Below, piece after piece: positions 21,210-32,121 of a stretch of DNA of 32,726 bases (positions within the stretch are counted from its first letter, which is position 1; each line of letters starts with the position of its first letter). Origin of the DNA: Macrostomum lignano (Eukaryota); NCBI GenBank assembly GCA_002269645.1, contig NIVC01003353.1:1-32726 (forward strand). Reading direction: 5' to 3'. The translations under genes and the position numbers were made by a program. Below the pieces are notes generated by a model. The model was given only the letters and a program-made list of their open reading frames with translations, made no database searches and was not told the origin of the DNA.

Positions 21210-22370
21210 ATGAGTGGCAAGAAAGTGGTGCAAATTCCGCCCGGCTTCAAAGACCTGCTGCAGGACTTCACTGTGGCTGTGCTCAAGGAGACGCCTGAGG
21301 ATGTCGTGGAATTCGCCATCGAGTATTTCACCAGGCTGCGCATGGAAAAAATCTCGCAGAGTCAGGAGGGGGCCGAGGCCGCCGCCGAAGCTGCCGAAGC
21401 CGACTCAGACATCGACGACGAGCCTATGCAGGCGCCGCCGCCGCGTCGCGGACCTCGCCGAGTTGCCGTCGCCGGCGAGAGCTTCGACCCGGAGAAAGAG
21501 GACGACGACGACACTCCGGTAGTGAACCACCCCAAGACCGAGGAGCAGCGGCAGCGCCTGAACGAGGCCGTCAAGCACATCCTGCTGTTCCGCTGCCTGG
21601 ACGAGGACCAGATGCGTGACGTCATCAACGCCATGTTCGAGCGGCGCTGCCAGCCGGGCGAGAAGGTCATCACGCAGGGCGAGGACGGCGACAATTTCTA
21701 CGTGATCGAGTCGGGAGTCTACGACATCTACGTCCTGATCAACGGCCAGGACACCAAGGTCGGCCAGTACGATAACAAAGGCTCCTTTGGCGAGCTCGCC
21801 CTGATGTACAACGCTCCGCGGGCTGCCACCATCCAATGCGCCTCCTCCGGCAGCATCTGGGCGATGGACCGCGACACTTTCCGACGTCTGGTGCTGAAGA
21901 AGGCCTTCCAGAAGCGAGTGATGTACGAGAACCTCATCGACTCCGTGCCGCTGCTCAAGGAGCTGGCGCCCTACGAACGGATGAACATCGCCGATGCGTT
22001 GAAGTCCCGCGTGTACGAAGACGGCGACTGCATCATCGTCCAGGGCGACGTTGGCAACGAGATGTACTTTATCGAGGATGGCGAGGTGCGAATCACGCGG
22101 AAAACCCAGGACGGCAGCGGTGAGATGGAGCTGTCCAGACTGCAGAAGGGCGGCTACTTCGGCGAGCTGGCCCTGCTGACCAAGCAGCCCCGAGCCGCCA
22201 ATGTCTACGCCTGCGGCGGCAAGTGCAAAGTAGCCGTGCTGGACGTCGGCTCGTTCGAGCGGTTGCTCGGCCCCTGCCTGGACATCATGCGCCGCTCCAT
22301 CGACAACTACCAGCAGCAGCTCACCAGTCTGTTCGGCAGCATGGAGGCCGTGCCCGACCTGCGCGCCTGA
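21210..22370 (+). CDS. PRKAR2: cAMP-dependent protein kinase type II regulatory subunit, 386 aa, single coding exon
   Basis: RII-type docking/dimerisation domain ([35 protein letters not shown]) and linker [11 protein letters not shown]. Two cNMP-binding domains with intact phosphate-binding cassettes [17 protein letters not shown] and [18 protein letters not shown]-terminal [21 protein letters not shown] start context. Confidence 0.98.
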   Translation: MSGKKVVQIPPGFKDLLQDFTVAVLKETPEDVVEFAIEYFTRLRMEKISQSQEGAEAAAEAAEADSDIDDEPMQAPPPRRGPRRVAVAGESFDPEKEDDDDTPVVNHPKTEEQRQRLNEAVKHILLFRCLDEDQMRDVINAMFERRCQPGEKVITQGEDGDNFYVIESGVYDIYVLINGQDTKVGQYDNKGSFGELALMYNAPRAATIQCASSGSIWAMDRDTFRRLVLKKAFQKRVMYENLIDSVPLLKELAPYERMNIADALKSRVYEDGDCIIVQGDVGNEMYFIEDGEVRITRKTQDGSGEMELSRLQKGGYFGELALLTKQPRAANVYACGGKCKVAVLDVGSFERLLGPCLDIMRRSIDNYQQQLTSLFGSMEAVPDLRA

Positions 22371-22456
22371 GTTGGCTGGGGCTCCGCACCTGCCCCCCCC
22401 CCCCCCCCCTAGCTCTGCATCTGCTATCAGCCTGGCTGCCTTTCCAGACTGCAGCG

Positions 22457-23900
22457 CCTTCCTGTCTCTCCCAACCCCTTCCTGTCTCCCAACCCCTTCC
22501 TGTCTCTCTCAAATCCTTCCCGTCTCTCTCAAATCCTTCCTGTCTCTCCAACCCCTTCCTGTCTCTCCCAATCCCTTCCTGTCTCTCCCAACCCATTCTT
22601 GTCTCTCTCAGATCATTCCCGTCTCTCCCAACCCCTTCCTGTCTCTCCCAATCCCTTCCTGTCTCTCTCAATCCCTTCCTGTCTCTCCCAAATCCTTCCC
22701 GTCTCTCTCAAATCCTTCCTGTCTCCCTCAACCCCTTCCTGTCTCTCCTAACCCCTTCCTGTCTCTCCCAAATCCTTCCCGTCTCTCCCAAATCCTTCCT
22801 GTCTCTCCCAACCCCTTCCTGTCTCTCTCAATCCCTTCCTGTCTCTCCCAAATCCTTCCTGTCTCCCTCAACCCCTTCCTGTCTCTCCTAACCCCTTCCT
22901 GTCTCCCTCAACCCCTTCCTGTCTCCCTCAACCCCTTCCTGTCTCTCTCAATCCCTTCCTGTCTCTCCCAACCCCTTCCTGTCTCTCCCAATCCCTTCCT
23001 GTCTCTCCCAAATCCTTCCCGTCTCTCTCAAATCCTTCCTGTCTCCCTCAAACCCTTCCTGTCTCTCCCAAATCCTTCCTGTCTCCCTCAATCCCTTCCT
23101 GTCTCTCTCAAATCCTTCCTGTCTCCCTCAATCCCTTCCTGTCTCTCCCAAATCCTTCCTGTCTCCCTCAACCCCTTCCTGTCTCTCCTAACCCCTTCCT
23201 GTCTCTCCTAACCCCTTCCTGTCTCTCTCAATCCCTTCCTGTCTCTTCCAAATCCTTCCTGTCTCCCTCAACCCCTTCCTGTCTCTCCAAACCCCTTCCT
23301 GTCTCTCCAAACCCCTTTCTGTCTCTCCAAACCCCTTCCTGTCTCTCCAAACCCCTTCCTGTCTCTCCCAACCCCTTCCTGTCTCTCTCACCCCTTCCTG
23401 TCTCTCCCAACCCCTTCCTGTCTCTCTCACCCCTTCCTGTCTCTCCCAACCCCTTCCTGTCTCTCCCAACCCCTTCCTGTCTTCCTCAACCCTTTCCTGT
23501 CTTCCTCAACCCCTTCCTGTCTCTCCCAACCCCTTCCTGTCTCTCTCACCCCTTCCTGTCTCTCCCAACCCCTTCCTGTCTCTCTCACCCCTTCCTGTCT
23601 CTCCCAACCCCTTCCTGTCTCTCCCAACCCCTTCCTGTCTCTCCCAACCCCTTCCTGTCTCTCTCACCCCTTACTGTCTCTCCCAACCCCTTCCTGTCTC
23701 TCTCACCCCTTCCTGTCTCCCCCAACCCCTTCCTGTCTCTCTCACCCCTTCCTGTCTCTCCCAACCCCTTCCTGTCTCTCCCAACCCCTTCCTGTCTCTC
23801 TCACCCCTTTCTGTCTCTCCCAATTCCTTCCCGTCTCTCTCAAATCCTTCATGTCTCCCTCAACCCCTTCCTGTCTCCCTCAACCCCTTCCTGTCTCTCT
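22457..23900. repeat. ~20-bp minisatellite AACCCCTTCCTGTCTCTCCC
   Basis: Direct reading; about 70 copies, starting ~90 nt after the PRKAR2 stop codon. Confidence 0.97.
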
Positions 23901-24051
23901 GCCCCAACGCACTAAAAGCAATTTCTCAACCCAACGAGCTGCCGGCTAACAAAATCGAGTTGAAAAGTTGGAACGCGAAAAAGATTGGCCTGACCACTAT
24001 TGTGTTTAGACTGACACTTAGTTATTAAAATGCTATGCATACTTAGCTACT

Positions 24052-24057
24052 AATAAA
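24052..24057 (+). terminator. Candidate polyadenylation signal for PRKAR2
   Basis: AATAAA followed by T-rich sequence in the unique stretch after the 20-bp array. Motif only. Confidence 0.25.
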
Positions 24058-24540
24058 CAATCTCATTCGTTTATCAATTTTTCGTGTGCCCCGCGTAATT
24101 TTGTTTGTTATTTTCAGTCGAATCCATCTAATCTTCTTAAAACTAAAGTTACAAACAATGTCATAGTATGGAGTTCGACATGTTTTTTATTTAGGCCTCG
24201 CTTAATAAAAATGTCTGTTTGAATTGCTGCAATTGTTTTAACAATATTTTCTCAAGCTGTCTTAAGTTGAGTAGATATTCGAATTTCGGCGTAGCTGACC
24301 AGAGACCGCACATGCCGCACAGAACCCACATGCACTGCCGCCGAATTTTGCACGGCCTTCCCCATCCAACAGCTTCAGCAGCTCTTGCCCCGGCACTCTT
24401 GTTAGCTGGCGCTTTGAAATGTGCGTACAGAAAGCCGAAACTTTAGAAATTTAAATTCTAACAATACAAAGAAGCATTCAAACAAAAATTCCACTTTTGT
24501 TTTGAAGTATTTTTTGTCTGATTTAAAAAAACGACCGCTA

Positions 24541-25826
24541 CTCTCTCCTCTTCTCTGTTTTTTCTCTTTCTCTGCCCTCTTCTCCCTCTTCTTTCTCTTC
24601 TCTCTCTTCCCACTCTTTGCCCTCTTCTCTCTCTTCCCACTCTTTGCCCTCTTCTCCCTCTTCTCCCTCTTCTCCCTCTTCTTTCTCTTCTCTCTCTTCT
24701 CTCTCTTCCCACTCTTTGCCCTCTTCTCTCTCTTCCCACTCTTCTCCCTCTTCTCCCTCTTCTCTCTCCTCCCTCTTCTCTCTCTTCTCCCGCTTCTCCC
24801 TCTTTTCCTCTTCGCCCTCTTCTCTCTCTTCGCCCTATTCTCTCTCTTCTCCCTCTTCTCTCTCTTCTCCCTCTTCTCCTTCTTCCCCCTCTTCTGTCTC
24901 TTCCCCCTCTTCCCCCTCTTTGCCCTCTTCCCCCTCTTTGCCCTCTCCTCCCTCTTCTCTCTCTTCTCCCTCTTCTCTCTCTTCTCCCTCTTCCCCCTCT
25001 TTGCCCTCTCCTCCCTCTTCTCTCTCTTCTCCCTCTTCTATTTCTTCTCCCTCTTCCCCCTCTTCTCCCTCTTCTCCCTTTTCTCCCTCTTCTCCCTCTT
25101 CTCCCTCTTTGCCCTCTCCTCCCTCTTCTCTCTCTTCTCCCTCTTCTATTTCTTCTCCCTCTTCCCCCTCTTCTCCCTCTTCTCCCTCTTCTCCCTCTTC
25201 TCCTTCTTCCCCCTCTTCCCCCTCTTCCCCCTCTTCTGTCTCTTCCCCCTCTTCCCCCTCTTTGCCCTCTTCCCCCTCTTTGCCCTCTTCTCCCTCTTCT
25301 CTCTCTTCTCCCTCTTCCCCCTCTTTGCCCTCTCCTCCCTCTTCTCTCTCTTCTCCCTCTTCTCTCTCTTCTCCCTCTTCCCCCTCTTTGCCCTCTCCTC
25401 CCTCTTCTCCCTCTTCTATTTCTTCTCCCTCTTCCCCTCTTCTCCCTCTTCTCCCTTTTCTCCCTCTTCTCCCTCTTCCCCCTCTTTGCCCTCTCCTCCC
25501 TCTTCTCTCTCTTCTCCCTCTTCTATTTCTTCTCCCTCTTCCCCCTCTTCTCCCTCTTCCCCTCTTCTCCCTCTTCTCCCTCTTCTCCCTCTTCTCCCTC
25601 TTCTCTCTCTTCCCCTCTTCCCCCTCTTCCCCCTCTTCCCCCTCTTCTCCCTCTTCTCCCTATAGCCCCTTCCCCTCTTCTCTCTTCCTCCTCTTCCTTC
25701 TCTTCTCTTGCTTCTCCATCTTCTCCCTCTTGCCCCTCTCCTTTCCCTCCTTTCCCTCTTTGTCCTTTTTGTCCTCTTTGCCCTCTCTTCCCCCTCTTCT
25801 ACCTCTTTTCAGTCTTCCCTTCCTTC
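24541..25826. repeat. Polypyrimidine repeat built mainly on 9-bp CTCTTCTCC modules
   Basis: Direct reading. Confidence 0.95.
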
Positions 25827-26448
25827 ATCTGGTTTTTAACTTTTCCTTCGCCAAGGAAACGAGTTGTCCCAAGCCAAGTCATGCTCTGCCAGTCACCGTG
25901 ACAGAGCGGTCCTCATACCTTGCTTCCTCTCCTAGCCCAGTTCCCTGTTGGCGGCATGGGGCACGGGGAGGAGAGGGGGGAGGTCGCTGAATTCCGCTCA
26001 TTTCCCGGACCCTTAACCATAAATTAAGGACCCAACCCGTGGACAAGAATCCCACAGATCTACCCCAACACTTTCACCCCTCCCTCCTCATAGGTGGGGC
26101 TTTCATCGATTTCTCCGTATCGAGGTCATGCAGTTAACTGGTGAAAACGCACCGATTATGCACAGAGCTTGGGGGATTTTGTTTCACTTTAGTTATAAAT
26201 ATATTCTGTGCACTGTAGCTGTCTAGCTGTTCGCTTTTGCTGCGTTGCTAAAGAATTCTTTGCGGCGTTATCTACATAAGCAGCGCAATTTAGAGCGGAC
26301 AAACTGTACACTTTTTGGGTTGCGCAGGATTCGCTGCCTATCTTAGCGCTATCTTGCTGAATTCGTCCTGCAATTAATGGCCTTTCTTCATCTAGTACAT
26401 CCAGTCTCCCGCAGTCTTGTCTTCTGTCTATTTTGTCTTCACTTTTCT

Positions 26449-27345
26449 GTCTCTCCCTTCCTCTCTCTCCCTTTCTCTCTCTCCTTTCCTCTTTCCCTTC
26501 CTCTCTCTCCCTTTCTCTCTCTCCCTTCCTCTCTCCCTTTCTCTCTCTCTCCCTTCCTCTCTCTCCCTTTCTCTCTCTCCCTTCCTCTCTCTCCCTTCCT
26601 CTCTCCCTTTCTCTCTCTCCCTTCCTCTCTCTCCCTTCCTCTCTCTCCCTTCTCTCTCCCTTCCTCTCTCTCCCTTTCTCTCTCTCCCTTCCTCTCTCCC
26701 TTTCTCTCTTTCCTTTCCTCTCTCCCTTCCTCTCTCTCCCTTCCTCTCTCCCTTCCTCTCTCTCTCTCTCCCTTTCTCTCTCTCCCTTCCTCTCTCTCCC
26801 TTCCTCTCTCTCCCTTCCTCTCTCTCCCTTCCTCTCTCTCCATTCCTCTCTCTCTCCCTTTCTCTCTCTCCCTTCCTCTCTCTCTCCCTTTCTCTCTCTC
26901 CCTTCCTCTCTCTCCCTTCCTCTCTCTCCCTTCCTCTCTCTCCCTTCCTCTCTCTCCCTTCCTCTCTCTCCCTTTCTCTCTCTCCCTTCCTCTCTCTCTC
27001 CCTTTCTCTCTCCCTTCCTCTCTCTCCTTCCTCTCTCTCCCTTTCTCTCTCTCCCTTCCTCTCTCTCTCCCTTTCTCTCTCCCTTCCTCTCTCTCCCTTC
27101 CTCTCTCTCCCTTCCTCTCTCTCTTTCTCTCTCTCCCTTCCTATCTCTCTTTCTCTCTCTCCCTTCCTCTCTCTCTCCCTTTCTCTCTCTCCTTTCCTCT
27201 CTCCCTTCCTCTCTCCCTTCCTCTCTCTCCCTTCCTCTCTCTCCCTTCCTCTCTCTCCCTTCCTCTCTCTCCCTTCCTCTCTCTCCCTTCCTCTCTCTCC
27301 CTTCTCTCTCTCCCTTCCTCTCTCTCCCTTCCTCTCTCTCCCTTC

Positions 27346-27377
<32 letters not shown>

Positions 27378-27932
27378 CTTCCTCTCTCTCCCTTCCTCTC
27401 TCTCTCCTCTCTCTCTCTTTCCTCTCTCTCCTTCTCTCTCCTTCCTCTCTCTCCCTTCCTCTCTCTCCCTTCCTCTCTCCCTTCCTCTCTCCCTTCCTCT
27501 CTCCCTTCCTCTCTCCCTTCCTCTCTCTCCTTCCTCTCTCTCCCTTCCTCTCTCTCCCTTCCTCTCTCTCCCTTCCTCTCTCTCCCTTCCTCTCTCTCCC
27601 TTCCTCTCTCCCTTCCTCTCTCTCCCTTCCTCTCTCTCCCTTCTCTCTCTCCCTTTTCTCTCTCTCCTTTCCTCTCTCCCTTCCTCTCTCTCCCTTCCTC
27701 TCTCCCTTCCTCTCTTTCCGTTCCTCTCTCTCCCTTTCTCTCTCTCCCTTCCTCTCTCCCTTTCTCTCTTTCCTTTCCTCTCTCCCTTCCTCTCTCTCCC
27801 TTCCTCTCTCCCTTCCTCTCTCTCCCTTCCTCTCTCTCCCTTCCTCTCTCTCCCTTTCTCTCTCTCTCCCTTCCTCTATCCCTTCCTCTCTCTCCCTTCC
27901 TCTCTCTAACTTCCTCTCTCTCTCTTCCTCTC
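26449..27932. repeat. Nearly pure C/T repeat of 12/14-bp CTTCCTCTCT(CT)CC units
   Basis: Direct reading; only a handful of purines in ~1.5 kb. Confidence 0.97.
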
Positions 27933-28243
27933 ATGCTTTCCTTTTCCACCTTTTGGTCCTTCACCGAAGCAGACGCAGCTCCTTTTAATTTCTCGAATCG
28001 CCTCTATCAATCTTCTAGCTTTGGCAAACAATGCTGGCACCCAATTGCCTGCAGTTGACACTTCGGTGTCTGAAATTGATCGGTTGAATTAAACTGCGAA
28101 AACTGTGCCACTGCTGTGGAGACCTGCTAGTTGTCCACGGGCTGATTATACTCACCCTAATTTATCATAGCTCATCGTTTTTCTCCCAAATAATAATTTC
28201 CCGCTCTCATCATTTCTGTCAATGGAAGAAAATTAAAGGATGG

Positions 28244-29912
28244 AAGTGGACACTCAGGTGAGAAGTGGACACTCAGGTGAATAGTGGACACTCAGGAGAG
28301 AAGTGGACACTCAGGTGAGGAGTGGATACTCAGGTGAGAAGTGGACACTCAGGTGAATAGTGGACACTCAGGTGAGAAGTGGACACTCAGGTGTGGAGTG
28401 GACACTCAGGTGAATAGTGGACACTCAGGAGAGAAGTGGACACTCAGGTGTGGAGTGGACACTCAAGTGAGAAGTGGACACTCAGGAGAGAAGTGGACAC
28501 TCAGGTGAGAAGTGGACACTCAGGTGAGAAGTGGACACTCAGGTGAGAAGTGGACATTCAGGTGAGGAGTGGACACTCAGGCGAGGAGTGGACACTCAGG
28601 TGAGGAGTGGACACTCAGGTGAGGAGTGGACACTCAGGTGAGAAGTGGACACTCAGGTGTGGAGTGGACACTCAGGTGAGAAGTGGACACTCAGGTGTGG
28701 AGTGGATACTCAGGTGAGGAGTGGACACTCAGGTGAGGAGTGGACACTCGGTGAGGAGTGGACACTCAGGTGAGAAGTGGACACTCAGGTGAGGAGTGGA
28801 CACTCAGGTGAGAGTGGACACTCAGGTGAGAAGTGGACACTCAGGTGAGGAGTGGACACTCAGGTGAGAAGTGGACACTCAGGTGAGAAGTGGACACTCA
28901 GGTGTGGAGTGGACACTCAGGTGAGAAGTGGACACTCAGGTGAGGAGTGGACACTCAGGTGAGGAGTGGACACTCAGGTGAGAAGTGGACACTCAGGTTA
29001 GGAGTGGACACTCAGGTGAGGAGTGGACACTCAGGTGAGGAGTGGACACTCAGGTGAGGAGTGGACACTCAGGTTAGGAGTGGACACTCAGGTGAGAAGT
29101 GGACACTCAGGAGAGAAGTGGACACTCAGGTGAGGAGTGGACACTCAGGTGAGAAGTGGACACTCAGGTGTTGAGTGGACACTCAGGTGAGGAGTGGACA
29201 CTCAGGTGAGAAGTGGACACTCAGGTGAGGAGTGGACACTCAGGTGAGGAGTGGATATTCAGGTGAGGAGTGGACACTCAGGTGAGGAGTGGACACTCAG
29301 GTTAGGAGTGGACACTCAGGTGAGAAGTGGACACTCAGGAGAGAAGTGGACACTCAGGTGAGGAGTGGACACTCAGGTTAGGAGTGGACACTTAGGTGAG
29401 GAGTGGACACTCAGGTGAGGAGTGGATACTCAGGAGAGAAGTGGACACTCAGGTGAATAGTGGACACTCAGGTGAGAAGTGGACACTCAGGTGAGGAGTG
29501 GACACTCAGGTGAGAAGTGGACACTCAGGTGAATAGTGGACACTCAGGAGAGAAGTGGACCTCAGGTGAGGAGTGGACACTCAGGTGAGGAGTGGACACT
29601 CAGGTGAGGAGTGGACACTCAGGTGAGGAGTGGACACTCAGGTGAGAAGTGGACACTCAGGTGAGGAGTGGACACTCGGTGAGGAGTGGACACTCAGGTG
29701 AGGAGTGGACACTCGGGTGAGGAGTGGACACTCAGGTGAGGAGTGGATATTCAGGTGAGGAGTGGACACTCGGGTGAGGAGTGGACACTCAGGAGAGAAG
29801 TGGACACTCAGGTGAGAAGTGGACACTCAGGTGAGGAGTGGACACTCGGGTGAGGAGTGGACACTCAGGTGAGGAGTGGACACTCAGGTGAGAAGTGAAC
29901 ACTAAGGTGAGA
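28244..29912. repeat. 20-bp minisatellite AGTGGACACTCAGGTGAG(G/A)A
   Basis: Direct reading; about 80 copies. Confidence 0.97.
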
Positions 29913-30339
29913 AATGAGGAGGTGAGGAGTTCAAAATTTTATTTCATTCTTTGTTCCCTCCCCAACGGGTGGGGCTCTGATTGCTAGTCTATAACTAAGT
30001 TTATTTACTGACATCATTCCAGTCCAATTAGTAAGTGTAGGATAAAAAATGTAATGACAGATACATTACAAAGTTCTTAAAACTGAGAGCAGCTTAAAAT
30101 GTCGAGAAACAAATAGAGATTGCAATAGCAAAGATCAGCTGACCATTAAAATACATCACATCATTCAATCACACCATTAAAATACGTGGAGAACTATCAT
30201 ACTGCATACATATACTACTGCACATGCGACAATATGGATTGTTAAAGTAGTAAGTAAGAAACATATCGAGAATTTTGTCCTTGTACTTTAACCTAATTTG
30301 CATAAACAGCAAAAACGGTAGTCCTGTCTCAACCGACCC

Positions 30340-30815
30340 CTGCCTGTCTCTCCGGCCCCTTCCTGTCTCTCCAGCCCCTTCCTGTCTCTCCAACCCCTCC
30401 CTGTCTCTCCAAACCCCTTCCTGTCTCTCCAAACCCCTTCCTGTCTCTCCAAACCCCTTCCTGTCTCTCCAAACCCCTTCCTGTCTCTCTAAACCCCTTC
30501 CTGTATCTCCAAACCCCTTACTGTCTCTCTCAACCCTTCCTGTATCTCCAACCCCCTTCCTGTCTCTCCAAACCCCTTCCTGTCTCTCCAAACCCCTTCC
30601 TGTCTCTCTAAACCCCTCCCTGTCTCTCCAAACCCCTTCCTGTATCTCCAAACCCCTTCCTGTCTCTCCAAACCCCTTCCTGTCTCTCCAAACCCCTTCC
30701 TGTCTCTCCAAACCCCTTCCTGTCTCTCCAAACCCCTTCCTGTCTCTCCAAACCCCTTCCTGTCTCTCTCACCCCTTCCTGTCTCTGTCAACCTCTTCCT
30801 GCCTGTCTCGTCTCT
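30340..30815 (+). repeat. 20-bp minisatellite AAACCCCTTCCTGTCTCTCC (same family as 22457-23900)
   Basis: Direct reading. Confidence 0.95.
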
Positions 30816-31151
30816 TTCCTTTCTTTCACATACCCCTTCTTCTCTGAGAAGCTGGGTCATTGCCCCCGAAGCTGAACCGCCACCAAATTTAAAAGCAAGA
30901 TCTCAAAGAAGCACAATTGCAAGTTAAATTTGTTCAGCTCTCAGAATTAATCTTGTCAATTTTGAGTTCACGAATCAGTAAATTCATTCTCAATGTTAAC
31001 TGACTTTCTTCGCCTCCTTCCCAGAATTCGCGTTCGACTCTCATACCACAGTGAGATCTGTACACAGCAATAGGACAAGGCCAGGACCACCTGCAGATGC
31101 CACCAAGGTCCTGCGAAAGTGTATTTGTTTTGCTTACTTTTCATCTTCTTT

Positions 31152-31778
31152 GAGAGAGACAGGAATGGCTTGAGAGAAAGACAGGAAGGGGTTTGGAGAG
31201 ACAGGAAGGGTTGAGAGACAGGAAGGGGTGAGAGACAGGAAGGGGTGAGAGACAGGAAGGGGTGAGAGACAGGAAAGGGGTGAGAGACAGGAAGGGGTGA
31301 GAGACAGGAAGGGTGAGAGACAGGAAGGGGTGAGAGACTGGAAAGGTGAGATAGACAGAAGGATGAAGGACAGGAAGGTTAGAGAGACAGGAAGGGGTGA
31401 GAGAGACGAGAAAGGGTGAGAGACAGGAAGGGGTGAGAGAGACAGGAAGGGGTTGGGAGAGACAAGAAGGAGTGAGAGAGACAGGAAGGGGTTGGGAGAG
31501 ACAGGAAGGGGTGAGAGAGACAGGAAGGGTTGGGAGAGACAGGAAGGGTGAGAGAGACAGGAAGGGGTTGGGAGACAGGAAGGGTGAGAGAGACAGGAAG
31601 GGGTGAGAGAGACAGGAAGGGGTTGGAGAGACAGGAAGGGGTGAGAGAGACAGGAAGGGGTTGGGAGAGACAGGAAGGGGTGAGAGAGACAGGAAGGGGT
31701 TGGGAGAGACAGGAAGGGGTGAGAGAGACAGGAAGGGTGAGAGAGACAGGAAGGGGTTGGGAGAGACGGGAAGGGTTG
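31152..31778 (-). repeat. Same CCCCTTCCTGTCTCTC family in inverted orientation (GAGAGACAGGAAGGGG on +)
   Basis: Direct reading; reverse complement of the 30340-30815 core. Confidence 0.95.
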
Positions 31779-32121
31779 ACAGTGATATTAATGAATAAAA
31801 AGGCCAAATTACTATCGTGCGACATTCTTACTGTATAGAAAAAGAGGTTTAAAAATCTCCACCATGAGATGAACAGCCGGGTGCTTGCCGGTCAGGAAGA
31901 CAAATATAAAGCAGGAAGTCAGGACCAAATTGCCAGGCCAATGACGTAAGCAACCAACCGCTTGGTGATTGTTGGGGCTGAGATCAAATTCTGAAATATT
32001 TGTGGGCAGGATTGTTGCGGGAAAAGTTTTCAGACTGAATGACATCATAAACGGGGTGTTGTGTTAACTACTCTTTCCTTCAAACTCTGTTCTCGGACAC
32101 ACAAGAAGGTCAAAGTGAGTT

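Noticed and set aside
24421-28058. Long Leu/Ser/Pro/Phe ORFs on + and Glu/Arg/Gly/Lys ORFs on -
   Set aside because: Translations of CT/GA repeats. The 85-aa unique tail of ORF 26189-27964 (-) has no usable acceptor and no recognisable motif.
28020-28095. Short open frame ALANNAGTQLPAVDTSVSEIDRLN with a C(UUCG)G hairpin at 28057-28070
   Set aside because: Only a 5-bp stem and 24 codons; within reach of chance in 32 kb.
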